Shown here: positions 51,881-62,817 of the stretch, one piece after another
How the letters are laid out: each line of letters begins with the position of its first letter
How positions within the stretch are numbered: position 1 is the stretch's first letter
Source of the DNA: a candidate division WWE3 bacterium
GTDB lineage: Bacteria > Patescibacteriota > WWE3 > UBA101185 > UBA10185
DNA length: 64,000 nucleotides
NCBI GenBank assembly: GCA_003599255.1
Contig: QZJF01000005.1
Location: 32,985-96,984, forward strand
Direction: 5' to 3'
Notes under the pieces: generated by a model
What the model was told of the DNA's origin: nothing
The model's input: the letters and a program-made list of their open reading frames with translations, nothing else
The model's database searches: none
Made by a program: the position numbers and the translations under genes

Positions 51881-52756
51881 ATGCAGAATAAGAAAGAATT
51901 ATTAGACGAAATAGCAACATTAACCAGCTTAAAAAACATAGTCGAGTCGTACGAAGAAATAGCTGCTTTAAGAATGAGAAAAGTTAAAAAATCTGTTCTT
52001 CAAAACAGAGAATTCTTAACCGGACTTGATGATTTATATCAAAGAGTTATGTTTACCTATAAGTCTTATATTGAGCAGAAAAAAACTGATAAAGACAAAA
52101 AAACATGGTTACCTCTTAACACTAATGGAAAGACTGTATCCGTATTAATATCTTCAAACACAGGATTATATGGCGAAATAATTAGGACATCGTTTGATTA
52201 TTTTATTGACAATATACGAAATAAAAGTACAGATGTTGTCATATGTGGAAGAATAGGCAAACAATTATATGATTCTCTTATTTCCACAGGAAACAGTTTA
52301 CCCGAGTATCAATTCTTTGACCTTCAGGATTCAGGTGTAAATCAAAATGAATTAAAGAAAATTCTTGATTTTATATTAAATTATTCAAATGTCGTAGTGT
52401 ATCATGGATTATATGTCAGTGTTTTGAGTCAGCAACCTACGGCAACTTTTGTTACAGGAAAAGCACTTGAAGTCCAGAGTGCAGATAAAGCAAACGAGTT
52501 GAAATGCATTATTGAGCCTTCTGTACTGGAAGTTACCGAATTCTTTGAAAAACAAATTTTGTCTTCAATTTTCGAACAATCAGTCTACGAAGCTAGTTTA
52601 AGTAAATTTGCATCCAGGATGGTCAGTTTAGATCTTGCCAACGAAAATATTTCGGAGCAAATAAAAAAAGTTAATTTTAAAAAGTTAAAAGTAAAGCACA
52701 ATGATGACAATCTTCAGCAAATAGAAAGGTTGTCCGGTATATCTTTGTGGTCTTAG
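51881..52756 (+). CDS. atpG: F1-type ATPase gamma subunit (divergent)
   Basis: IVESYEEIAALRMRK, ISSNTGLYG (cf. SDRGLCG), SKFASRMVSLDLANEN (cf. SEHAARM.AM..A..N); lies between alpha and beta. Confidence 0.85.
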   Translation: MQNKKELLDEIATLTSLKNIVESYEEIAALRMRKVKKSVLQNREFLTGLDDLYQRVMFTYKSYIEQKKTDKDKKTWLPLNTNGKTVSVLISSNTGLYGEIIRTSFDYFIDNIRNKSTDVVICGRIGKQLYDSLISTGNSLPEYQFFDLQDSGVNQNELKKILDFILNYSNVVVYHGLYVSVLSQQPTATFVTGKALEVQSADKANELKCIIEPSVLEVTEFFEKQILSSIFEQSVYEASLSKFASRMVSLDLANENISEQIKKVNFKKLKVKHNDDNLQQIERLSGISLWS

Positions 52757-52765
52757 AATTAATAG

Positions 52766-54431
<1,666 letters not shown>

Positions 54432-54434
54432 CAA

Positions 54435-55088
54435 CTAGAGCTGATTTATGTCTACTAAGAACGATGGACCCATTGTTGAACATACATAAATGCTTTTGAT
54501 CCATTCAGCCTTTGCCTTGGCTGGTTTGTTCTGTTTTAGAGTGTTATACACTTCAAAAAAATTCTCTGTTAGTTGCTTATCGCTGAAGCTTTTCTTACCA
54601 ATGATAGTGTGAATAACGGGGGAGTCTTTCTCGGTCTTTATTTCAACTTTGCCCTTTTTAATCTGTTCTACGGCTGTTTGCACATCTTCAGTTACAGTAC
54701 CGGTCTTTGGGTTGGGCATTACACCCGCAGGTCCCAGTATTTTGGCTACTTTGGCTAATTTTGGCATGAATTTTGGCTCAGCAACTAATACTTCAAAGTC
54801 CACTTTAGGTCTTAATTTTCCTTTTTCAATGTTTTCGATGTCCGATTCACTAAGTTCAAGGTCAGCGTTGGTGACTTTTTTGGATGCTAACACGGCAACT
54901 TTTTTGGTTTTCCCTGTGCCATGGGGGAGTGTTGTAGAAAACCTCACCGACTGTTCTCCTGCCTTGGCATCCTTAATAAGATTAATATGAATCTCTATTG
55001 TTGAATCAAAAGCCGTCTTGGAAGTTTCCTGTGCTTTCTTAATGGCGGTTTCTACTGTATATAAATTCATATCTTTGTTTTTTTTCAT
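54435..55088 (-). CDS. rplA: 50S ribosomal protein L1
   Basis: FDSTIEIHINL, LPHGTGK, KILGPAGVMPNPKTGTVT, IHTIIGKKSF, STMGPS. Confidence 0.96.
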   Translation of the reverse strand: MKKNKDMNLYTVETAIKKAQETSKTAFDSTIEIHINLIKDAKAGEQSVRFSTTLPHGTGKTKKVAVLASKKVTNADLELSESDIENIEKGKLRPKVDFEVLVAEPKFMPKLAKVAKILGPAGVMPNPKTGTVTEDVQTAVEQIKKGKVEIKTEKDSPVIHTIIGKKSFSDKQLTENFFEVYNTLKQNKPAKAKAEWIKSIYVCSTMGPSFLVDINQL

Positions 55089-55093
55089 ATGTT

Positions 55094-55537
55094 TTATTTT
55101 TCAACCTCTACACCCATTGAACGGGCGATACCTGCAATAATTCTGCTTGCTTGACTCAGATCTTTTGTATTAAGATCCGGCATTTTGGCCTGAGCTATTT
55201 CTTCAATTTGTTTTTTTGTAAGTTTTCCGACTTTTTGCTTGTTGGGGACTGCAGAACCCTTGTCAATTTTCAGAGCCTTTTTAATCAAGTGGGATGCTAC
55301 CGGAGTCTTGGTTATAAAATTGAAGGATCTGTCTTCGTACACTGTAAGTATTACTGGAATGACGTCATCTCCCATTTGCGCAGTTTTAGCATTAAACTCT
55401 TTGCAGAAATCCATTATAGCTACACCATGTTGTCCAAGTGCGGGTCCGATCGGAGGTGCGGGGTTGGCTTTACCGGCTGGTATTGCCAACTTAACGATTG
55501 CTTTAATTTTCTTTCCTTTTTTTGGTTTTACTGCCAT
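55094..55537 (-). CDS. rplK: 50S ribosomal protein L11
   Basis: [46 protein letters not shown]. Confidence 0.97.
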   Translation of the reverse strand: MAVKPKKGKKIKAIVKLAIPAGKANPAPPIGPALGQHGVAIMDFCKEFNAKTAQMGDDVIPVILTVYEDRSFNFITKTPVASHLIKKALKIDKGSAVPNKQKVGKLTKKQIEEIAQAKMPDLNTKDLSQASRIIAGIARSMGVEVEK

Positions 55538-55549
55538 ATATTTTAATAA

Positions 55550-56155
55550 TTAAAGCCTGGAAATTTGTGTGAAATCCAATTCTACAGGCGTTTCTCTTCC
55601 AAAAACTGATACAAGGACCTTGACTTTGCCTTGTTCCTCGTTCACTTCGTCAACTTTGCCCAGGAAGTCCCTGAAAGGTCCGTCCGAAATTTTTACCGAA
55701 TCTCCTACAGAGAACTTGGCTTCAAACTTAGGAGCTTCCATTTTAGCAAATTTCATCAATGTTTTGACCTCTGACTCCGGAAGGGGAGTAGGTGCTGATC
55801 CCATGCCTACAAATCCGGTTACACCGGGAGTGGATCGTACAACATACCATGCGTCATCATCCATTATCATTTGCACCATAAGATATCCGGGAAAAAGTTT
55901 TTCTTCGGTAGACCTTTTCTTTCCCTCTGTAACAACTATTTTCTGTTGCTGAGGGATAAACATCTTAAAAATTCTGTCGGTAAAGCCTCCGATTTCAGCT
56001 CTTTGCTTAAGTGTAGCGGCAACTTTATTTTCATGCCCGGAATAGGTATGCACAACATACCATTTGGCTTCCAACGGTATATCGGAATTAACGATAATAA
56101 CGCCGTCTTCCTTAGTTATATCTTTATCTATTGTGTTACTTTTACTGTTTGCCAT
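55550..56155 (-). CDS. nusG: Transcription termination/antitermination factor NusG
   Basis: WYVVHTYSGHENKV, FPGYLMV, TPGVTGFVG, KOW GDSVKISDGPF, FGRETPVELDF. Confidence 0.97.
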   Translation of the reverse strand: MANSKSNTIDKDITKEDGVIIVNSDIPLEAKWYVVHTYSGHENKVAATLKQRAEIGGFTDRIFKMFIPQQQKIVVTEGKKRSTEEKLFPGYLMVQMIMDDDAWYVVRSTPGVTGFVGMGSAPTPLPESEVKTLMKFAKMEAPKFEAKFSVGDSVKISDGPFRDFLGKVDEVNEEQGKVKVLVSVFGRETPVELDFTQISRL

Positions 56156-56160
56156 AAAAA

Positions 56161-56343
56161 TTAACCAATTAGACCGGTAAGGATTTCTTTAAATATATAA
56201 TCAAATCCGGTCACGAACAAGCCAACGACTAAACTAACACCAATAACATAGGCAGTCAAGCGAATAGTCTCATCTCTTGAAGGCCACTTAATGCGTTTTA
56301 ACTCTTCATATGACTCTCTGACAAAGTTTACTACTCTATTCAC
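56161..56343 (-). CDS. secE: Preprotein translocase subunit SecE
   Basis: ELKRIKWPSRDE plus one TM and a GFD motif; directly upstream of nusG. Confidence 0.93.
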   Translation of the reverse strand: MNRVVNFVRESYEELKRIKWPSRDETIRLTAYVIGVSLVVGLFVTGFDYIFKEILTGLIG

Positions 56344-56426
56344 GTAGTGGATTCTAGCATTTTTTTTGATTGCAGCAAAGACTTTCGGGCATTTTCCGGA
56401 GGTAATGTTATAATATTCCGAGCCTT

Positions 56427-57032
56427 ATGTTTATTAGTCTTTTATTACAAAATCCGCTTATTTTTGTTCTGGTAGCCGCTGCGTTGATCGTTTCCATAAC
56501 TTTTCATGAATTCGCCCACGCGTTTTCAGCTGACAAACTGGGGGATCCCACCGCCAGATACCTTGGAAGGGTTTCACTTAATCCTGTAAAACATCTTGAT
56601 CCCATAGGAACAATGCTTCTTTTATTCGTGGGTTTCGGATGGGGGAGACCTGTGCCATTTAATCCGATAAATTTACAAAATCCAAAGAGGGATTCAGCAA
56701 TAATTTCTTTTGCCGGGCCGCTTTCAAATTTTGTACTTGCTTTTGTATTTGCGCTGTTGTTTAGGTTTGTCGGTGGAGTTGGGCTAATCGGTGATTTTCT
56801 GTATTTAAGTACATTTTATAATCTTCTTTTGGGATTTTTTAACTTATTTCCATTTCACCCGCTTGACGGATTCAAGGTTGTTTACGGACTACTCCCTATG
56901 AATTTGGCGTATCAGTGGCTACAGATGCAATCCTACGGAATGTACATTCTGCTTTTTATGATAATTACAGGTACAACCGGATCTATCATGGGTCCCTTAG
57001 TGAGTTTTTCTTTGAGATTGTTAGGTTTCTGA
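56427..57032 (+). CDS. Site-2 protease, peptidase M50 family
   Basis: HEFAH zinc motif, GDPTA, HLDPIG, AGPLSN, NLFPFHPLDG; multiple TMs. Confidence 0.92.
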   Translation: MFISLLLQNPLIFVLVAAALIVSITFHEFAHAFSADKLGDPTARYLGRVSLNPVKHLDPIGTMLLLFVGFGWGRPVPFNPINLQNPKRDSAIISFAGPLSNFVLAFVFALLFRFVGGVGLIGDFLYLSTFYNLLLGFFNLFPFHPLDGFKVVYGLLPMNLAYQWLQMQSYGMYILLFMIITGTTGSIMGPLVSFSLRLLGF

Positions 57033-57055
57033 ATAAGTCGTTAAACCGGAGTCAT

Positions 57056-57083
57056 TTGACTGAAAGATGCGTTTTGTTAGAAT
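57056..57083 (+). promoter_or_regulatory. Sigma70 promoter for the intergenic RNA
   Basis: TTGACT, 16-bp spacer, extended -10 TGtTAGAAT. Confidence 0.55.
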
Positions 57084-57094
57084 GGAATAGATGG

Positions 57095-57260
57095 AGTTAC
57101 ATCCACTCCTGGTGTGCGCGTTCAATCTGAAGGCAAAGAATCACCTCAGCTGATTCTGAGATCAGACAACCCAGATCTTTATCCCACGGGATAAAAGGCA
57201 AGGTGTCTACTTCTAAACGAACGGGGTTTCTGCTTCAGGCCCGGCACATCGGGATGCATT
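57095..57260 (+). ncRNA. ssrS: Probable 6S RNA
   Basis: Own promoter and terminator. 5' TCCTGGTGTGC pairs with 3' GCACATCGGGA, closing a ~150-nt rod. The ends resemble Firmicutes 6S (UCCUGAUGUG...CGGCAC...GGGA). Confidence 0.6.
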
Positions 57261-57272
57261 TATTGCAAGTAT

Positions 57273-57302
57273 AAAAGGTTCCGCCGAAAGGCGGAACTTT
57301 TT
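57273..57302 (+). terminator. Intrinsic terminator after the putative 6S RNA
   Basis: GGTTCCGCC-GAAA-GGCGGAACT stem with GNRA loop followed by a T tract. Confidence 0.85.
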
Positions 57303-57321
57303 AGTGGTGTATAATTCATCG

Positions 57322-58131
57322 ATGGAAATTTTTAACGGTAATAGTCATGCAAAAGAGCTTGATAAGGTAATTGCCGAAAATATTAGATTGGTCAAAAGTT
57401 CGGATATTATGGCCATAGTTCAAATAGGGGATAACGAGGTTTCAGAATCCTATGTAAATCTTAAACTCCGATACTGTCGTAAAATGGGGCTTAACGCCAA
57501 GTTTTTTAAGTTCGACGCCTCATTGTCGGATAAAGAAATCTCAAAACAGGTTTCAAACATCTTTAGCGAAAAAAATGTCCGGGGAGGAATTATACAACTT
57601 CCGCTACCCAGAAAGAGTCTAAATAGTATCCTAAATCAGATTCCGCTAAACAAAGATATAGATAGGCTTTCGAGTACTTCATGGACCCAATCGGATACAA
57701 CTAGTGGGGTAGGATTATCACCGGTTGTCCGTGCGTTTAAGTTTTTTCTGAACACATATTCCATAGATATTCACAACATTTCAATTAAAATCATAGGTAG
57801 AGGTCCGCTTGTAGGAGTGCCAATAGAGGATTATTTGCTATCACGAGGGGTAAAACCGGGGTTTTTGGATAGCTATGTTGAGGGAATCCCTATTAGCGCG
57901 GACTTGGTGGTGACTTCGACAGGTATACCAAACCTAATAAAAGGATCTGACATACAATCGGGATGCGATGTTATTGACTTCGGTTCGGCCAAATTACACG
58001 GAAAAACCGTGGGCGATCTTGATTTGAATTCAGGGCTTGATCATCTGGCCAGAATTTCTCCTTCTCCCGGGGGTATGGGGCCGTTGGTTATAAGATTTCT
58101 TGTACTGAATTATCTTGGTGTTAATTTGTGA
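57322..58131 (+). CDS. folD: Bifunctional methylene-THF dehydrogenase/cyclohydrolase (divergent)
   Basis: SESYVNLK (YxxxK), GIIQLPLP, KDID, IIGRGPLVGVP, VIDFG, SPSPGGMGP. Confidence 0.85.
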   Translation: MEIFNGNSHAKELDKVIAENIRLVKSSDIMAIVQIGDNEVSESYVNLKLRYCRKMGLNAKFFKFDASLSDKEISKQVSNIFSEKNVRGGIIQLPLPRKSLNSILNQIPLNKDIDRLSSTSWTQSDTTSGVGLSPVVRAFKFFLNTYSIDIHNISIKIIGRGPLVGVPIEDYLLSRGVKPGFLDSYVEGIPISADLVVTSTGIPNLIKGSDIQSGCDVIDFGSAKLHGKTVGDLDLNSGLDHLARISPSPGGMGPLVIRFLVLNYLGVNL

Positions 58132-59137
58132 GTTTCAGTTTTTCCGCGAGTTCGACAACCTTTTCAACTACATCCTTCGGGGAGCTTGCTTTCATATTAA
58201 AACCTGCAGCCATTTTATGCCCGCCGCCGCCCATTAATTTTGCTAGCTGCGAAACATCTATGTGTTCGTAATGTGATCTTAGACTTACGTTATACATGTT
58301 ATTTTCGTCTTTAAGCTCGGTTACAACAAACACGAAGTTTGCGTTTCTGAGTCTCTTTATAATGTCAGCCGGAGGGTAGACTGTTTCATTAAGATTGATG
58401 TTGCGCTCCTCAAGATGTTTTTGCGTCAGGATTACATACGCCAATTTTCTTGCAGTATCCACTTCCATGTTAGTAAACACCAGACCCTTTAGTTTCATAT
58501 CTTCGTAATCTTCATTAAAATTCAATTTCCAAATAAGTTCGTATAGGCTAACACCCATATCCATATAGTCCGCTGCGGCCCGGAGATCTTCGGTTGTTGT
58601 AGTGTTGTACTGAAAAAACCCGTTGTCTGTAATGTTGCCCAGCAACAGGATCTTTGCGATGTCTTTGTCAATCTTAATGTTCATTTCCTTCAATAGTTCG
58701 TACAACACCGTGCAAGCCGACCCAAAGACCTTCACATAATTCAGGTCTCCATAATGAGAATTGGAGTCATGATGATCAATGTTCAGGATGGGTATTTTTA
58801 CATTTGGTGTAAAAGTTTGTGATTCTGCGATGTGTCCCAATTGTCCCGCGTCCAGTACAATTAACAAGTCATGTTTGGAGAAATCAAGGTTGTTTGGGTC
58901 AACATTCTCTTCTATCCCGCTGATATCGAAAATGTCATTAACAATTTCTCTTGTCCGTCCGCTAAATGCTCCGGTTCTGGTAATCCTTAAATCTATATCA
59001 AAATGTTTCTTTAAGACCTTTTGCAAGGCAACAGGAGCGCATAACGCATCAAAGTCAAACCTTGAGTCCATACATACTACGGGCTTTTTTGTTTTTTTCA
59101 GAAGTTCCAGAATTCTTTCCGGTGCATCATTATTCAT
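58121..59137 (-). CDS. DHH/DHHA1 phosphoesterase (NrnA-like)
   Basis: DFDA, VLDAG, NIDHH, ITDNGFF, SLRS, GGGGHKMAAG. Confidence 0.88.
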   Translation of the reverse strand: MNNDAPERILELLKKTKKPVVCMDSRFDFDALCAPVALQKVLKKHFDIDLRITRTGAFSGRTREIVNDIFDISGIEENVDPNNLDFSKHDLLIVLDAGQLGHIAESQTFTPNVKIPILNIDHHDSNSHYGDLNYVKVFGSACTVLYELLKEMNIKIDKDIAKILLLGNITDNGFFQYNTTTTEDLRAAADYMDMGVSLYELIWKLNFNEDYEDMKLKGLVFTNMEVDTARKLAYVILTQKHLEERNINLNETVYPPADIIKRLRNANFVFVVTELKDENNMYNVSLRSHYEHIDVSQLAKLMGGGGHKMAAGFNMKASSPKDVVEKVVELAEKLKLTN

Positions 59138-59156
59138 ACTTGGTTATTTTACTATA

Positions 59157-60434
59157 CTAGTTGATACTTCGATGACATGTAATTTCGGAGATTCCGGTTA
59201 AAATAGAGTTTTCATCCTCTTTTTGTTTCTCTGCCTCCTCCCAATCAAAATCACCGCGCACGTATGTCCTGGTATCTTTGTTACCCGCAACAGGGGGGAG
59301 GTTTCTCATTCCTATCTCATCCCCATAATATAGAATGTGCGCTCCGGGTAAATCGAAAAGTTTCCGATATGCTGAAAGGATTCTTCTTTTGTCACCGTTA
59401 AAAATTTCACCCACTCTTACGGATGTTTTGGAAGCAGGTTTCAGCGAATATTTATAATCGGGATCCATCCATTTACTCAGTCTTTTCTTGGTTTCGGGAT
59501 CCAACAGATACAAGGCATGCGAGTCGTGGTTATTCAGAAAAGTTGCCCATGAACAGGAATCAGGAATTCCTGAACTCTGATCGATTGCTGATTGTAGTTT
59601 ATCCTGAGAGTCTCCCATGAGTGAAAGCCACAGTTGTAACCCCAATACAAAATTCAGTCCTACGTGGCATTCATCGCCATTTCCGAAATACTTTTTAGCC
59701 TCATTTATTGGCAGATCATTTTCGGCCACAAGTATTGTTTCACTGCTTTTTTTCTCAATGTGCTTACGGATTTTACGCACTACATCATGTACTTTAGGTA
59801 AATTTACGCAGCTGGTCCCTTCTTCTTTGATAATGCGGGGGATAGAGTCTAGTCTAAATCCATCAACTCCCATGTCGATCCAGAAATCCAAAATTTTGAG
59901 CATTTCTTCAAGAACTGCGGGATTCTCCCAGTTCAGATCCGGTTGTTGAGGGTAAAAAGTTGCAAAATAATAATCGTTTGTATGTGTGTTTGGTATCCAA
60001 TTACTTGTTTTGATGTTACTGAAAGGATTTTCAGCCAGCAGCAGTTCTTTGCCTGTGTTGCTCCATATGTAGTAATCCCTGTAAGAACTCCTCAAGTCTT
60101 TTGAGGCATTTTCGAACCATATATGTTGGTTTGAAGTATGGTTAAGTGTTATGTCTATAATAACTTTAATATCCAGCACATGGGCTTCTGTAACGAATTT
60201 TTCGAAGTCATTTAGTGTTCCTAGTTCGCTTCTTACATTCAGGAAATCAGTAATGTCATATCCACCGTCAATCATTGGAGAAGGGTAGTGTGGAAGAAGC
60301 CATATCGCATCTATCCCCAGATTTTGAAGATAAGATAACTTGTCTGTTAAATTGATAAAGTTGCCTGCGAACTTATCTAAATACAGAGAATAAAATGTCG
60401 CATCTTTCCACCAATATTTTTTATCAGTATTCAC
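59157..60434 (-). CDS. GH13 alpha-amylase-family enzyme, trehalose synthase (TreS)/oligo-glucosidase-like catalytic domain
   Basis: DGGYDITDF, LNHTS, QPDLNW, DGFRLDS, VAEN, NNHD, YYGDEIGM. Confidence 0.85.
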   Translation of the reverse strand: MNTDKKYWWKDATFYSLYLDKFAGNFINLTDKLSYLQNLGIDAIWLLPHYPSPMIDGGYDITDFLNVRSELGTLNDFEKFVTEAHVLDIKVIIDITLNHTSNQHIWFENASKDLRSSYRDYYIWSNTGKELLLAENPFSNIKTSNWIPNTHTNDYYFATFYPQQPDLNWENPAVLEEMLKILDFWIDMGVDGFRLDSIPRIIKEEGTSCVNLPKVHDVVRKIRKHIEKKSSETILVAENDLPINEAKKYFGNGDECHVGLNFVLGLQLWLSLMGDSQDKLQSAIDQSSGIPDSCSWATFLNNHDSHALYLLDPETKKRLSKWMDPDYKYSLKPASKTSVRVGEIFNGDKRRILSAYRKLFDLPGAHILYYGDEIGMRNLPPVAGNKDTRTYVRGDFDWEEAEKQKEDENSILTGISEITCHRSIN

Positions 60435-60533
60435 ATTAGTATTTTAACAGTTGCAGGGGATTTATTTGAAACTATCAGAACGAGAGAGGAAGTGATATCC
60501 AAACTCGTTCTGATTGATTAAGAGCTTGCTGCT

Positions 60534-60797
60534 CTATCGACCGTGACTCTTGCGAGAAATCCGTTCGTCCCATTTGCGTTTGCGCGATTCATCAGAAACT
60601 GCCGCAGCAACGATGAGGACGCCTGAAACAATAGCCGGAAGCAGGGTAAACTTAAGAAGACCCGCCCAGCTCATTGCGATCATCCTGAAATATTCATTTG
60701 CGGAATAGTTCAGGGTCAGGGCCGACAGGACCATCAGCACGATTTGTGCGATGATAATGCCGAAACCAAGCGTAAGCTTTACATTGAATGGCATCAT
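60534..60797 (-). CDS. Small hypothetical membrane protein (2 TM)
   Basis: 87-aa ORF with SD AAAGGTGA, two hydrophobic segments and a basic tail. Confidence 0.6.
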   Translation of the reverse strand: MMPFNVKLTLGFGIIIAQIVLMVLSALTLNYSANEYFRMIAMSWAGLLKFTLLPAIVSGVLIVAAAVSDESRKRKWDERISRKSHGR

Positions 60798-60870
60798 GGT
60801 TCACCTTTCCTTTTTTAGGGTTTGTTGTTGATGTAGAAGATTTTACTACCGTTTTTATAAGTAGACAAAC

Positions 60871-62778
60871 TCAGTCTTTGACGTAAAGAGTAAGTATGGT
60901 TTGATCCAGGACTTCACCTGCAGTGTTCTCGGCAGTTAGCAATATATCAAAAGGGCCGGTTCCGTAAGTCAGCCATTCGTCGAACTCAATTTTTAATTGT
61001 TTAAAGTTTCCTGTTGAGTCATTTTTCATTTCAACTTCACCAAGCACATTTACGTTTAGTGTCATTTTGTACTGGTCCAGAGGAAGATCCTCTATATATG
61101 CTTTGATTTTCTTTTCTCCCGAGACCACAGAATTATTTTCCGGATAATTTATAACTATTTTGTATTCGGTTCCGGTTACTACGTTGTTAAGGTCGGGTTC
61201 CGGTTGGGGTGGCGCTGGGTTTGGTGTGGGGGAGGGCTCCTGGGTCTGGCCTGTATCCGTTTGAGTACCAGCCTGAGTTGCCGGTTGAAGTGATGCGGAT
61301 TCCGATATGAAAACAATGTAGTTGCTGCCGGCACCGCTTGCCGGACTTGTCATGTTCCCGCCTAAAACCACAGTCCCTGCCTGGAGTGATTTTGAATAGA
61401 TCTTAAAATTGGTATCATTTGTCTTTAAAACTCCTGTAGTAAGAGTCCAATCGGATAGCCATGCCGGTATAGTATCGGCTCTTTCATCGTAACCTATGAA
61501 AATAGTTGCAGGATTACTTATTTCGAAATTTATGTAACTAACGGAATTTATATTTTTATCCGAATTCCTTCCTTTGATATATTCAGCTCCGGACACCTCA
61601 ACCGGTATATCGGTAAATACGTATGCTCTGTCGGCATAGACGGACTTGGAGATATTTAAGATATCGGTTGAAAAACCCCCTGTCGCGCCTGTTAAATTAA
61701 TGAAAAGACTGGAAGTGAGGGTGTTAACTACAGGCGTCGGCAGACTCGTACCGGTGTCTGCTGTTGCAAAATAGTTTTTCACCGTATTTTCGGCGGTTTT
61801 ATTTTCTATAGTATAGTTTTTATCGTTAGGGCCACCGGAGTTTGGATCAACTTCCCATTCCCAAAAGTGAACACCAGCGAAATACGACTTATCTTTCCAG
61901 TATTCAAAGAAAGCGGTGTAAAGATCGCTTTGTTCCTGCATATCTACATTTGCGTTATATCCGTAATCCCAGGGTCTTGTAGATGCACCGTCTACACTTC
62001 TGTATCCGATTTCCGTAAAGATGACGGGTTTTCCGAATCTTTGTACAGCTGGAGTAACATAAGTCTGATCCAATGATTCCCACCTACTTATCATAGAAGA
62101 AACAGTCGGATTAGTAGTAGATGACAGCGGTCTGTACATTGACATACCAATCAGATCTAGTCTGTTTCCGAAAGGCAGATTAGTTTCATTATAAGAACCT
62201 GAGTCAGCGTTGGCGCTGTAGGTCAACTTTCCGGAATATACATTTCTGACATTGTCGATAAGACTGGTCCAGTAGGGAAGGTTGGCAGTATTCTGCGTTA
62301 GTGTGATAAGCTCGGCGCCTATGCTTAGCATCTCAATATTATTTTGTTGTGCCATGTTTGCATAATGCAAAATCATGTTCGAGTAATTCTGGAAAAAGCG
62401 GTTTTTATCGGACGGATTTAAGTTGGCTCTCCATGAACCTCCCTTAATATCCAGGTGGGGTTTAATCATAATTCCCATTCCCAACGAATGCGCTTTATTT
62501 ATTGTATATACCATCAGAGAATCAGAAGGGGTTCTGCTTTTCCTATCCACGTTTGACGATGTTCTGGAGTCTGTTATCCATCCGGGAGTGATAGTAACGA
62601 AATTTACTCCGATCGAATTCAATTCACTCAAGGTGACGTCGACTTCAGAATAAGACTGATCGATTAAACGTATTGTAAATCCTTTTTGCCAATCAGAAAT
62701 AGCCGCGGAAGATGTATTTTGCAGTATGAAAAAGGAAAATAAGAAAACGAGTACAGCTTGAATGGCAGGTTTAAGCAT
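60871..62778 (-). CDS. Secreted glycoside hydrolase, GH113-like TIM barrel, with accessory domain, Pro/Thr linker and C-terminal domain
   Basis: Signal peptide; IMIKPHL, SIGAEL, LTYSAN, FTEIGYRS, GVHFWEW; PSPTPNPAPPQPEP linker. Confidence 0.7.
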   Translation of the reverse strand: MLKPAIQAVLVFLFSFFILQNTSSAAISDWQKGFTIRLIDQSYSEVDVTLSELNSIGVNFVTITPGWITDSRTSSNVDRKSRTPSDSLMVYTINKAHSLGMGIMIKPHLDIKGGSWRANLNPSDKNRFFQNYSNMILHYANMAQQNNIEMLSIGAELITLTQNTANLPYWTSLIDNVRNVYSGKLTYSANADSGSYNETNLPFGNRLDLIGMSMYRPLSSTTNPTVSSMISRWESLDQTYVTPAVQRFGKPVIFTEIGYRSVDGASTRPWDYGYNANVDMQEQSDLYTAFFEYWKDKSYFAGVHFWEWEVDPNSGGPNDKNYTIENKTAENTVKNYFATADTGTSLPTPVVNTLTSSLFINLTGATGGFSTDILNISKSVYADRAYVFTDIPVEVSGAEYIKGRNSDKNINSVSYINFEISNPATIFIGYDERADTIPAWLSDWTLTTGVLKTNDTNFKIYSKSLQAGTVVLGGNMTSPASGAGSNYIVFISESASLQPATQAGTQTDTGQTQEPSPTPNPAPPQPEPDLNNVVTGTEYKIVINYPENNSVVSGEKKIKAYIEDLPLDQYKMTLNVNVLGEVEMKNDSTGNFKQLKIEFDEWLTYGTGPFDILLTAENTAGEVLDQTILTLYVKD

Positions 62779-62817
62779 CTGTGAATTATACAAAAAAGAT
62801 TATAGGTTGTATAGAGA

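Noticed and set aside
56344-56426. tRNA-Trp or rpmG expected upstream of secE
   Set aside because: The 83-bp gap holds only divergent -10 elements; no cloverleaf or ORF.
57045-57300. ZMP/ZTP or THF riboswitch upstream of folD
   Set aside because: Lacks the GACUGGCG...CGCCUGGG ZTP signature and THF consensus; folD has its own TATAAT after the terminator; end-to-end pairing fits 6S better.
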